Of a DNA stretch of 64,000 nt, positions 36,353 through 49,200 are shown piece after piece (within the stretch, counting starts at the first letter, position 1; every line of letters begins with the position of its first letter). The notes beneath the pieces were generated by a model. The model had not been told where the DNA came from, did no database searches, and saw only the letters and a program-made list of their open reading frames with translations. The stretch covers positions 876,882-940,881 of the forward strand of contig MU004192.1 of NCBI GenBank assembly GCA_010093605.1, written 5' to 3'. Origin of the DNA: Lophium mytilinum (lineage: Eukaryota). A program made the position numbers and the translations under genes.

Positions 36353-36898
36353 GGTGGAGTGACAAAATTCGGAGTAGAGAGAAGAGAGACGGAAGAGGGG
36401 AAGGGCGATAAGGCGAATAGACAGCGTATAGCTTTCACGCGGAAGTCAGACTGCCCTATAGCGGCATCATTGCCTCGACCCGCAGCATCGCTCAGCCCTC
36501 AGCCCTGTGCGGGGGGGTAGGTCCTACAGCGCACGGTAACATCGACTGGGCGTCTTGGACTCATCTCAGGCGGGCTTGGGACTCGACTTTTGCGGTGAGC
36601 ATGGTGAGACGGCGGCTAGCTAGCAGACGGCGAGGAAAGGGCAAGCACAGCCGTATCAAGGGCCGTGGAATGCATGTCGGTCTGGAAACTAACATTAGAG
36701 TATGCATGCATGGCTCAGGAGAACTCGGAGCGTGGGTTGCATAGCGAAGCTAAAAAGGAGCAGATCTCAGCCCCGATACCAAGCTTCAAGCCTGCCTGCT
36801 GTCTGAGCAAACGCCGAATGTTGTTGGTGGCATAGTTGTGTCGGGGAGACGCGAGAGGGAGCGGGCGGCATGAGCTGAAGTTGCCCAGCTATTCACTG

Positions 36899-37318
36899 CT
36901 TGGCAGCCCCAGCCACCTTGAGCTTAGCTCCATTCTAGCACCAATCGCACGGTGCCGTTGGATACATTGCGCCAGCCACTGGTCTGAGCGCATGCAACCC
37001 TCGCCAGTCACTAGGGACCTGTGTGGGCTAGCTGCCAAGTAGGGCTGTAATCCTACGATTTGCTAAGACGAGCATCGGCTACGGATCATGCAATTGGCGT
37101 AGCCGCCCTAAAACGCAACTCCACCCGTTGTAGGGCTGAGACTCCACACCGCAACCCAACCCACCTCGCGTCCCAATGCATCAAAGAACACCCGCGGCGG
37201 TGCACGCTACGGGCACTACCATAGTAAACATGGGCTTGCGGGGACCAACACGTACCGCCGACATGTCGCCGATGACAGGCTCGGCCTGCTGAACAAACGG
37301 CGAGCTGGGCACTTGGCA
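36899..37318. promoter_or_regulatory. Three TGCCAAG (PacC/Rim101-type) sites in the divergent MFS/Dit1 promoter
   Basis: CTTGGCA 36899-36905, TGCCAAG 37033-37039, CTTGGCA 37312-37318. TATA-like TATATAG near 37482. Confidence 0.55.
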
Positions 37319-37606
37319 TTACGGCTGCAGCAAGGTGTGCGACTGGAACAGCTGGCAGGCCCTGATAGACCGCTGTGCCGGCGGGCGGTCCAGGATGCTG
37401 CGAATGCTTGTCACTGCTCTAAATCCGACCTGGGGGTGAGGCTGAAGCCATGGGGTGCTAGAATGCACCTTCGGGCATAGGTATATAGTTTCCTGAAGCA
37501 GACCAAGACTATCCTTTATCAAACTCACCATCTATCATCTTCTCTTCGCTTTTACTACTCATCAATCGCTTGATTTCTGTTCAATTCCTCCTATACTACC
37601 GCAATA

Positions 37607-39513
37607 ATGGTCGAAGTCAAGCGTGGTGATTCCCCTTATCATCAGATCCGTGCCCAATACACTCGCGACGCTGAAGGCAAATTGCTCGCCGTCTTTGGCC
37701 CAGAAGCTCTTTTAGTCGAAAAGGACTGGGAAACGTACTGGGGGAGATTTGTCCAGCCCAATGCCACTGCCAGCAAACGAGCCATCACTACAATCAGCTC
37801 CTCTCTCACAGCCTTCGAGGTCGACAATCCTACAGGCGTCATCGCCGAACCCCTAGACTCCAGTTCTGTCACACCGTCACAAACAATTGAAATATGGGAA
37901 ACCCAGCTCGAGGACGAGACACAGATTCGTGGCCTCCTGAAGCTCCCCAACTCATACTTCAAGAAGCCAGTCACCGACGCTGTTGCTGAGTGGGCTGTTT
38001 CGCTGGTCTTGAAGACGGCGAGACTTGCACATTGCCAACCTCTACCGGAAGAAGATGAGAAAGCGATGAACCTAGCCAACACCATCACCGATATCTTCTC
38101 AGACACACTACGAAACATTGCCGATGGGGATCAGTGGGACTTCGGAGGCCGCGATTACTTCAGGGACAGGATACTTCTCTTCACATCTCGAAAGCAGAGG
38201 ATCGATATGATTCTTCCTGCGTTCCCGTGCAAGTCTTCTTCTCTGAACAAGGTGGCAGGAACTCGCCCGGATAAAGGCGAGGAGCTGGGCCTAAGAGGCC
38301 TGTATCTTTTCGTGAAGGATATCGAGAAGATTTACCCTCCGGGCGCATGCTGCTTTATCGCATCTGATGGTCACGTCTTCAGTGACAACAGTAAGCACAT
38401 TCAAACGTTTCCGGTAGCAAGATGCTAACCTCACCAGTCGGTGTCGATGACGAAGTAGTAGACACCTACAGCTCCCAGCTCATCGAAATGAAGGACGCCA
38501 TGTTAGGCCCCGAATCGAACCGCATTGGCTTCTTCGGCCTACCCGCCCTCTTCGCTCTCGGCGAACTCAACGCTCCTACATCTGCGGTTGCTAAACTCGA
38601 CCTCCCCAATTATGTCAATACCAAACACACCGAGGACGCCAACCTGTGCCGTAAGCTCATGGTACATGCTTTCGGCATCGACGGCTCAGCGCTCCGCAAC
38701 AAAATTGAAAGCGGCGATAAGGCAGCACTAGCCCTCTACCGCGGGTTCACACGCTTCATGCTTGAGGACCTCTCCCACAACGGCTTCATGATGTCGAAAT
38801 CCAAGTCCCAGCAGAAGAAACTCGCTGCCAAAATTGCTTTTGAGATGCTCAAGCGCAACCAAGCTTACTCCAATCTTTGCGAGCTCCTCTTCCCCGCCTC
38901 CGTCCGCCTCTCCATCCACGCCCACGTCAATTCCGGTCCCAAGTTTGGCTGTAACCTTCTTTCACGTTTTAACTGCCGCACCACCGCCTCCCTGCTTGAC
39001 TACTCCCCTGAGAAAACAGACGACCTCCTGCATGTGCCCACCCCCTGGCACAACACGATGGTCAAGATGGCGCCCCAAGATGGCTTCCTCCTTATCAAAG
39101 CCTGCCTTGTGCATGAAGCCATTGGCGAGGGCAAATACACCTCCGCCTGGGTCGAGTCCAACCTAACTACCGGTGAGGGCGGGTACTTCCTCCTGACATC
39201 TACCACGCCCAAGGCCCGCAAGATCAGTCTCGCACAGAAGGTCAACTCGCGCATTATCCCTTCGTTACGTCTGGCAACCAACTTCTCTCTGTCTGCAGAA
39301 CGCAGGAAGGCACTCATCGACGACGAGACATTCTCGCCTGGCGGTGCTGCGGCGCAGGCAATGCTGTTCTCGGCAAATGAGCAGAAGCTGGTGCTTGAGC
39401 GAAGGGAGAGCATGGGGATCAAGAGTGCGGGCATCAAAAGCCCGACCAGCCATAGTCCGTTTGGAAGTGGAGTAGGGAGTTTGGCGAGGAGGTTTACGAC
39501 GATGAGGGTCTAG
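37607..39513 (+). CDS. DIT1: Dit1/PvcA-family isocyanide synthase (pyoverdine/dityrosine biosynthesis protein)
   Basis: Exons 37607-38390 and 38438-39513 (intron GTAAGC..CTAAC..CAG). Motifs LPAFPCKS, KVAG..PDKGEELGL, SDGHVFSD.IGV.D, LYRGF.RFM.EDL, RNQAYS, RLSIHAH..SGPKFG and HVPTPWHN. Confidence 0.93.
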
Positions 39514-40920
39514 GCGAGAGGTGGAAACTGTGTAACGGTAATTGGTTTCAAATTGTTTTCGTTTGGTCAAGTTGTCTACTTTCTTTTGCCACTTCGTCTA
39601 CGGATGATTGAGTGTTTCTGGTGTTCTGATACTGGTAATTTCATAGCATGGGCGTCTTATGGGCCTTTCACTTAGTAGTGTGGGGAGAAAATTGAATCGA
39701 GTCACTTCATTGCATTCACATTCACGCTGAAGACCCTCCGCATCCTACGTTTTAAGTCCTCTGCGCCCCATATCCAAGGCCGTATGGGTCCAACAAGTTC
39801 TCTCTCCAATAAAAAACCTGTAACTGTTAGATCCGCTTCTTCTTCTCACGAATGAGACTCAAAACGACCCCCTTTGCGTGCACGTAAAGGGTCCTCCGCG
39901 GCGCACCCGGTGGACCCTCCGCCTCCGCCACATCCGCTTCAAAAAGTCCCAGAAGTAACCGCCGCGGTTAGATCCGAGAACTTTTCTCCCAAAAGTACCA
40001 AAAGTCTAGGCATTGAGGTCTTGTCCACCACACATCGTGTCTACTCAAGAGGATGTCATCACCACAAGTCACGTGCATCTCACATGTCATGTAAATATCT
40101 CTCGGTATAAAGGAACGTCAACCACAGGGCCTGGATATTTTCTTCATGGAGGCGGCAGTGGTTTTATGGGGGGTAGTACCTCGAGAGTATGAACAATTCG
40201 ACGAGCGTGGGTTGCTGTCAAATAGATCCAGGATGTCCCCATGGTGCTGCTGGAGGTCTGGTAGTGGAGTCAAAATGACAGACGCAACTTCCCATGTGTC
40301 GTCGACTGATCAAATTCCGAGATAATCTACCTCGTGGAGGGACGGGAGACTGGCAGAGGTTGCAAAATCGCTGATGTCTAGACATCCAATGGGCTGGGTC
40401 GATACGAATATTTGAATGAAGACGATATGCATCATCCTTCGCTCTTTCCGCTCTTCATCAATTCCGCGAAGCGCTGATCTGCATGCAGTATTTCAAGTGT
40501 GTGGTTGGTTAGCTTCTTGGGATAGAGGTAGTCCCAATCACCGCGACTAATGAATGCCTCTAAACCCCAAGTGAGTGCTTTCAAAGTCACCTCCCACTTC
40601 ACAAGTATCTTTTGCTCGGAAGAGTGAACACCTAGAAGTAAGTATACTCACGTGGCTCGTATTAAGTCTATTCCACTGTAGAGGCCGCTGGGAATACTTC
40701 TTAGGTGTACCATCTATCAAATAGGAGGCATAATCTACTGACTTCAACGTTTTGGAGGACTATAAAACGTGTAGATGGATAGAAAGTGTATTAAATCATT
40801 GTTCCACCAGATTTCCCGAGGTGTACGCAGCGTCAATATATCTTCCTGATGACTGTATTCTCATATAAGATTGAGATTCGTCAACTCTGAGAACCTAACC
40901 CCGACCACAAGCAAGGCCGC

Positions 40921-43060
40921 TCAAACCTCAAAGTCCCGTTTCTTATTTACCGGCTCCGCCGCACCATGAACATAGACATCCAACTCAGCCTCCGCGCTCT
41001 CAAACTTCGTTTCTTTACTCGCCTGTCCCTCAACCGGCCAGATGCTACATACACCCCAGTACGCGATCGCGCTCACGATAATCCCGACCGGTAGCGCGAA
41101 GACGTACAGCCGTTGGGCTCCGAGTGGAATGCCGCTAACCCCGACCGAATGTAAGAAGCCTGGAAAGACCGGGACAATACCCGTGAAGTACGCAGTGTAC
41201 GCGCGGAAATTCATGCCGTGCCAGTACCAGTACGGTCCCTGTCGCGAAGTAGAGAAGAGCGCGTTGACATCGTAGTTCCCTTTCCGGACGAGGAAGTAGT
41301 CGGAGATTATAACGCCGATAACGCCCGAGAGGAAGATCTGGTAGCTGCCAAGGTAACTAGTGAAGGTGAAGGAGGTCTTGGTCAATTCCCAGGGGTTGAT
41401 GGCGAAAGCGATAATCATGCAGATTACGGCGCTGCGGCGGTATTTGATGAATCTGGTTATACATGTGTCAGAATGGTGGGGCGAGACGGTACTGCTTGAG
41501 AGAATGGAAGAAGGCTTACCGCGGCCACATCGCTGCGGTGTCATTCCCGGCTGCTATGAGATTGGCAAATATCATGGTCGTGACTTGGGCGAACGTGAAT
41601 CCGAGAGCAATGAAGAATACACCAGTGCGGGTCTTGGAGTCGTACTCCATTGTGAGGAAGCCGTCGAGGATGGCATTAGGGTCCCAGAGGATCTAGGCGC
41701 GCATGAGGGGATTGCTTCTTAAAGATAGACGTAGGAGGCCATACCTTTCCAAAAATGACCTTGCTCGAAGATGTCACAAACACACCAAAGAATGAGATAA
41801 GACCATAGCCCAGAGGCAGGCCGAAGAATTGAGTCCAAAGTGCATCATTCGGATGACGCGCATAGCGACTTATATCGGCGTTGTTCGTTGCGAAAGTTGC
41901 CATGTTCGCCGCCTGGATGAAGAAGTTGGTAAGAAACACCTGTTGATATGTTTAGTATCTGGTCTAATATCGCTATGCGAAGGAAAGTTGGGCGTGTACC
42001 CAAGCATGAGATGAGCCCTTTGGAATTGCAGAGCTTTCATGAATGATCGGGCCGATGCCATCTGCTTTTGAGAGAGACCTGTAATGAATCAGATACTGAG
42101 AAGGAGGGCCTTTCTAAGAAATTCGCGAACGCACCACCCGAAGAAGGTTATCAAGCACACAAACATGATGCCCGCTTTGAAAATGATAAGGCGGCCAAGA
42201 TTCCGTGGCCGAATAAATGCGTAGGCTGTGACAATGATCCACGCAACGCCAAAAGCGATCAACATCCCAGATGTCATTGCAACATCCGCAGGGAAGACGT
42301 TGTGGACGTGAGCAATGGAAGGAAATATGGCATGCAGCATTACATAGATGCAATTACCCCTATAATCGCCCGTTTTAGCATTTCGAGTCATCGGCATAGC
42401 ATGCGCTTCCAAGACTCACGTTGTAACCATTTGTACTCCTGACCAGATGATAGTCATAGCGTTCCTGTTGAACAGCGGCCAGTAACTGCCCCAAACACCA
42501 AAGCTAGCTCGGACAATGACCGGGAAAGGGACGTGGTACTTTGCTCCAGGTCGACCCGTCATGAGAAGCGGAACTACCACAATCCAGTGACCGAGGATAA
42601 CGCAGAGCCACGCTTCCCACTAAGACTAATATCCACGGTCAGTTTCGCGAAGCTGGTATGGAAATTAGAGATACTTACTAGTCCATTCTTCACTCCTGTG
42701 GAAGCCACAGTCCAGGAGGTGACACTAGCAGACTCTGCTACCCAAAAAAGTGCGTCTACAAAGTGTTCAAAAGTGTACATAACAGCAAGCTGGGAGGATA
42801 AATATGAGAAAGCTGGACGCTGTCGTCGCTCATAGGTGTCTAACTTACAAGACCATCTTCCCCATTTCCTGTCTTCGAGGGGTACGGGAAGCAAGTCTGT
42901 AGCTACATGGGTCGTTAGTGGAAATGCTACAACCACTCACAACGAGCGAGTCCCAAATCCGCCGGTAAACCTCCGTCCGATCAAGAAGATGTTTCCTCTC
43001 TCTGCTTAGGATGAAGACTTGGTTCTATCACGGCTTTAGGAAGTCCAACGGGAAGACCAT
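40921..43060 (-). pseudogene. NCS1 (Fur4/Dal4-type uracil/allantoin) permease, possibly pseudogenised
   Basis: Reconstructed about 8 exons: DLLPVPLEDRKW, YALFWVAES, GAKYHVPFPVIVRASFGVWG, NNADISRYA, NPW, DYFLVRKG, YWYWHGMNFRAY. There is an in-frame TAG at 42620-42622 if the first acceptor is used, and no clean in-frame start (TGA at 42981-42983). Confidence 0.6.
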
Positions 43061-44374
43061 AGCGATTGGCTGCTTCTAGATCCAACAAGACCGTAGCGTC
43101 GAAGGGAGTGCGTTCCCGACCTGTCTGGGTTCTGCGGTGGAGACCGTGATCCACGGCAATACGTATTCCAATGCCGCATAGTGTCCAATAATTGGGAAGA
43201 TCACTTCGAGAAATTATGGATATGCGCTGCCGGATAGCAAGGATGTAGATGTGAAGATTGTGGCGGCTAGTAAGGGGGAGGACTACGCGAATGTGAGGCT
43301 TGGTGCTAAGAGTGGCGCGGTTTCGAAAACTGCGGAGGTGGGAGCGTAGGCTGAAATGAGGGTTGAAAAGTGAGGGCTGAAATCATTATAAATCGGGAAA
43401 GGGGGGTTCGGAATTCAATGTCAAAATGAAAGGAAACAAACCACTATGTCAAAAGACTCTACCTCAGGTTGGACGAGCAAGCATTAAACATCTAGCAATC
43501 GAGTGGTAGGTGGATTCTTACTAATTTTATTGGGTGAGATATCAGACAGCTCCTTCGTTCTATTCACTCGCGTTTACTTCTATTGTTCTTTACTAGCTCA
43601 TCCAACCGTCTACTCGATCTCGACCGAAGTCGATTACGGTACTGAGTGTTACGTGAGAGTGCGGAGACTTGATGGTCCCCGTCACGGTCTAATCGAGTCG
43701 ATTAAAAGGTCTAGCGTTACTGAGTAAGCGAGCCTATCTGCCACCCCCAATTTTCCAGTCGAGGTCGGTCGACCAGCTGAGCGGGTTACAGAGCAGGAGA
43801 TATTTATCTTAATCCGTGAGTATTCTAAGCTTTACTATCTCCTCATTCAAATAACTAACTACCTAAACTTCGCTTGCTTTATGAGCCTTGATCTTGGGTC
43901 TCCTAGTGCATAGCTACGGAGGGCCAGTCACTGCAGCCCGGCGGTTTGCTTCGTTAGCATGCGGACCCTCTCTTCTGCTCGATCTATAGTAGCTAGTCCC
44001 TAAAATCCACTTCCAAGCACGTGGCTGCAACATCACCAACATCATTGGTGCGAAACGCGCTCAGACAGAAAACTCGCTCATTCGGCCGCAAAAGCTTCTC
44101 ATGGCTCAGTGTATATCATCTCCTGACTTCCGCGCTAGTCTGGTGAATCAGAAAACTTCCTCAATTCCCAAAGTCCCCTCTTTGGTTCTCTGGAGACTTC
44201 AAAACAATCATTCACGGCAGCATATCGCACACAACATGAGTTTCGTCCAAGTAAAGATGAATCATTATTAAAGACCTCAACATTAACAGTCCTACATCAC
44301 CAGCAACCCAGCCCAGATCCCCGTTTTTCGATTTACACAGCGCACGTAACCTCTATTACATTTTTGCCCTACAC

Positions 44375-46479
44375 TCACAACCCAGAATCAGTCTTCTGAT
44401 ACACCGGATTCTGATAGTACGTCTTCCAGTCCGTACACTGCGTATCCCAGTCGGAGCCGGGGAGGGTGATCTGGCTCTTAGCCTCTAGGAACTGCACACC
44501 GAGGCCCTCGCTGATGTGCCACGCGATATGGCAATGCATGAGCCAGGCACCGGGGTTGTCCGTTTGGAAAGCGATGGCCAGCCAGCCGGCGCCGGGCAGC
44601 AGGGCGACGTCGCGGCGGGTAGGGTTGTTCCAGGTTAGGGTCGAGGGGGAAGAGTTGATATCGAAGGTACCGGAGCCCGTGCCGAGGACGTAGAAGTCGT
44701 GGCCGTGCAGATGTATGGCTGGATTTTAGTTAGCAGCATTCAAAGAAGTGGCAGGATAGTAAAAGGAGGGAAGATTGATAGAGAGACAGAAAGAGGAGGC
44801 TTACGATGCGGAATAGGCACCTTGGTTCCCGGTGTCTCCTGGATAATCCAGTACGTCCAGATCCCCTCTGTGGGCAGCTCGATGAGGTTTAATACCGATG
44901 GATATGACGTGTTTCCAGTCTTCACGTACTCGAGCGTCGGATTGCGCCAATCAACGTCGATAGCGGAAACATTGACGCCCCAGACGACGATGTTTTGGCC
45001 GTTCGTCGTGACCTGCTCGACAGCCAGATCGACGTTGAGATTACCGACTTGATTGATGAAGTCCGAGCTGGAGACCGTGTTTGTGACCCAGGGTACGAGA
45101 GTCTTATCCTCGACGCAGCCCCCGCTGGGAGCTGTGAAAGCAGAGGTCGTTGGGTCGCCAGAGGCAGCACCGGCATAGCTGAAAACACTGCGGCCGTAGA
45201 AGTTGTTGGAGCTGGCGCAGTCGGTAGCAACTTCTGCGCGGAACCAGTAGTTGGAGACGGTCTGGTTGGCGTAAATGATCACGTCGTACCGTTGACCGAT
45301 GGCCAAGAGAACCCAGTTTGTGTAGTACGGTTTGATAGGAACCAAGTCAGCCGTAATGACCTGCAGTTGGTGGTTATCCAGCGAAACGCGGATGTTGTTG
45401 TCAACAGACGTGTTGATCAGACGTAAGCGATACTTTTTCCCCTTCGTGAGTTGGACTTGGTCATATGCTCCTGCGCCACCCGGGCTCTTATTCTTGCCAT
45501 TGATGAGAAGGGTATCCGCAGGTGGCGGGGGCTGTCCCTGCTGAAGGTTGCTGAAATGTATATTAGTATCGGCTTGAGACTACCAGGACGTATAGAAACT
45601 CTTACTTGGAAGCGATAACGTTAAGCTGATCTGCAGTACTATAATACCAGTCGTTGACTGGATAAGGACCTAGGTCAACGTCATAGTTTGCAGATGCAGG
45701 ACCGTTGATTTTGATCGCGCCAATGAGGCCGTCGCCGTATTGAGAAGAGTAATGGGAGTGATACCAGGTCGTGCCGAATTGGGTAGCTTTCCACGTGTAT
45801 ACTTTGGTGTCGCCAGGTGCGATAGGACCTAATTCTCGTAAGCCAAAACTACTCAGTACAATCGCTAGGCAAAGTATTACACTCGGTGATTCCGTTGACA
45901 CCATCCATAGCATTAGTGTTGAGCTGTCGGATACCGTGCCAGTGGATGACTGTGCCGTTCCCGGTCAACTTATTTACTACCGTGACCTGCACAGTGTCTC
46001 CCCAGTCTAGTTGAATCAGTAAATGACGTTGGGCGTATCTCGTAGGAGGTCCACTCACTGGCTTCAATCGTAGGACCTGGGTACTGGCCGTTATAAAGAA
46101 AGCATATCCGATCACCGTTCCCATCCGGATTACACGTCGTGTTCGTGACAGTCAGAGTGTATTGAACCGTGTTGCCGGTGGTTGGCCATTTTTTATCAAA
46201 ATCTGTCAAGACGGAATAGCCACTTGACCAGCAATTGCGTGAAGTTGGTCCATTGGTACACGCCGCATCGGCGACCTTGGAAGTCGAGCTGGGAGCGACC
46301 GAGCTAGTCTTGGAAGTCGAGCTGGGAGCAACCGAGCTAGTTGCACGGCGCACATTGTGAAGCGTTGCCCCAGCAGAGCCGCCTGGTCCCCATAGAACGT
46401 GATCTTGGGGGATTTGTGTAGCTGTTGTCGTGGAAGCTAATGCCAGAAGGCAGGCGGCGGCCAACTGCGTCACGCGCAT
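44375..46479 (-). CDS. Secreted laccase / multicopper oxidase (AA1, asco-laccase type)
   Basis: Signal peptide MRVTQLAAACLLALAS, a RR processing site, Cu motifs HWHG, WYHSH, PH|PIHLHGHDF and HCHIAWHISEGL, and the C-terminal DSGL*. Four introns. Confidence 0.95.
46276..46341. repeat. 33-bp tandem duplication in the laccase N-terminal linker
   Basis: CTTGGAAGTCGAGCTGGGAGC(G/A)ACCGAGCTAGT x2, encoding TSSVAPSSTSK twice. Confidence 0.9.
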
Positions 46480-49200
46480 ATTGCCTGAAGGATGATTGAA
46501 AAGTACACGCAATCAATGATCTAGAGGCAGAAAGACGGAAGAATTAGAAACGAAGGAGACTCCTAAAGTATGGAAATCGTTTGAATTGGGAATGCAGGTA
46601 CTTGACCGAGAGAAGGGAGCTAATATATATGCTATAAGAATGCAGGGTCCGAAATTTTCAGCGTAAGTAGACGCGCACTGCTTCCAATACCGATTTTAGA
46701 GCCACCAGCTAGACTCTTCTGGCCATCGAGGTGCTGCCCTGTCACCTCACCTGGAGACATGGATCGGGTACGGAGTAAATTACGCGATCCATAATGTTGG
46801 GGCCGGAAGGACTGGCTGCATGAACGTCAGGGGGGAGTAACTGGAATAGATCAAGGGGAAATTTGACAAAGCTTGTTGCACGACGTGAGGGCCAACCGAG
46901 AGAGAAAATTCGCCACCAGCGAATGAGAAGAGATTTCATGAGAGAATGGCCACTTCGTCGCGGATTCGCAATGTGACCGGGTCTCCAAGGCGGACTGGGC
47001 TGACCGGCTGCCTGCCAAATTGTCACAGCTGGAATGGAACATTGCATGAAAGCGAAGATAAAGCGGAGACTAGTAAAACAAGGAGATAGGTCCCTGATTG
47101 AGGCTGACAGAACGGAAAAAATATGCAAGGCTTAGGGCATTGCCTGTTTTGGCGGGCTACCAGCCGGTGCTCCAACCAAGGAAACGCGATCCCGAGCTAG
47201 TGGAAGCGATCCACAAGAGGCCGCCGCAGGTAACAATGATGCGGATCCTTCTACGTATTGGCTGATACGAGAACTTGATCCGCGGAGGGATTACTTCTCC
47301 GCTGGCATCCATCGTCTACTCCCTGATTCGTCACCACTCCTCCATAGTTGCATGCAGGCACATTATGCATTGAGCAAGGTACAAGAAATAGATCTCAGAC
47401 TCTGTCTCGTTATTTCGGTCTCGATTCGGTCCGCTGATGGATACGATCGAAATCGTTACACGGCATCACCCCCGCTTTACCAACCTGAAGGCGCAGCGTC
47501 CTTTGAAACTGGCTGGCGGATCGCCCGCGGGAGAGGAGTGGTGCCGCCACAGCAGCACAGGCACGTTGTCTCCCGACGGTAACGTGAACAAGGCGAAGCG
47601 AGGAGTCTAGAATTGACGCCACCATTTCGGGACTGAAGTGCTTCCGACGTGGATTGAATCCCGAGAGAGAGCTCCGTTCTGCATGATTGATGGCTGCAAG
47701 GAGGCTGAATAGACGAGCATACAGCGCCAAAGGGGCCGCTGGCGCTAGGATGCGTACGTGATCAGTAACTTGTAACCCACAAGCGAGTGCCTGCATACAT
47801 GTGCGGTGCACGGGGCTGGGATCTTCACGCTGGTACCTGGTCCCTGGACACTTCGCGCCCGAGCATCTGGCATGCTGGGCCAGCGGGTTGGAGACTCATC
47901 CCTCAACACCAGAAAATAGGCCCCGCGATGCCCATACGCTGACAAGACTTAGCTCCGAGGGGCCTCTCGTGCAACCCACCACACATGACAGCTGACTCTG
48001 CCTCGCCCAGCGTTTTACGTGCTGCGCTCTACCTCAAAGTCAGCGCCTTTTGGTTCAGCGAAGGTTCATATTAACTCGACGACGACGGGTCGACGGCAGA
48101 ACGGTGTGGTATGTGGTACACGAGGCGCCAAAGCCTTATGAGGGCACCGGCGGAGTTGCGCGGAGTCGATGGCATGATGCGAGACGTGCAGCGGGGTTGC
48201 AGAGAGCGGGAATGAGCGGCGTGGATTTGCCCGGCGTAGGTTTACCATGCACTCGGCATCTGGTCCATGCATCGCATTCTGTTCATCACGATGCTGTGAT
48301 GGGTTGTTGTGGTGGGTGGGTTCCTATGCATTTGCAGGACGTGGGTGAGGTAAAAATAAGCGCTACGCCAATCGTGCCCATCTCCCGCGATCTTCCCGCC
48401 CGCAAGAAGACCCTTTCTCCTTCGCCACTCACGTTGCCCGCACCACGGCATGCTCTCACCGACTGCCGCTAGCTAGCCGGCCCTTGTTTGCTTCTGGCAC
48501 TCCCGGGCATGTGGAGTCGCTAGGTACCGCTTCCCAGCACGGCCTGTGGCTTGAGCAGGGGATGCAGCAGAGCGCCACCAGCCATGGCTCCCCACCTCCC
48601 CTCCGATCGTTGTTTGGAGGACGCTCTTGTCAGCTCGAGCTCTCGCAACCGATCCACACCGATCCACATCTCTACCAATCGGTGAATAGAGCCTCCCGCA
48701 GCCGAGCCCGATTACTCGACTGTCGGCCTCTTAGCTCTGAGCCGAGCGTTCCGTCCCGAGTCTCCTCCAGATGCAGCTTTGCGGCGCCCGTCTGACTCCT
48801 GCGTCCGCAAGACGGCCTGCAGGAAGCAATGACAGCTGGCAGAATCTCCAGCTTTGGAAGCCTACACATCTGACCTTGTCACTGGCACCTGTCACGGCTC
48901 CGGAAGAATGAAGCAAAGTGTCTCCCTCAAGATAAGCTTCTGCCAACATACGCCAGGCGCCACTGTGCAGATGCGGCCCTGGGCTACGTTTCGGAAAGAT
49001 TCAACAGCTTCAAAACGGCTCCCGAAATAGATTTTCGCACTACGGAGCCTGTCCGGGGAAAAGGGGCGATTGGAGACATAGCTCTGCACCAACATCGAAG
49101 CCTGGATGGCGCAACATGCTGGACCCAGCGCTCTCGTCATCGCCACGACTGTCGCAGGGTACGAGGTGTCCTGCAGTAGCCCCAATGCGGCATCACGATA

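Noticed and set aside
43500..43870. AT-richer segment as a possible degenerate transposon relic
   Set aside because: No convincing terminal repeats, target duplication or transposase remnants were seen.
46742..49185. Many 60-140 aa ORFs upstream of the laccase
   Set aside because: Overlapping frames, no motifs and no coherent splice pattern; most likely a long regulatory intergenic region.
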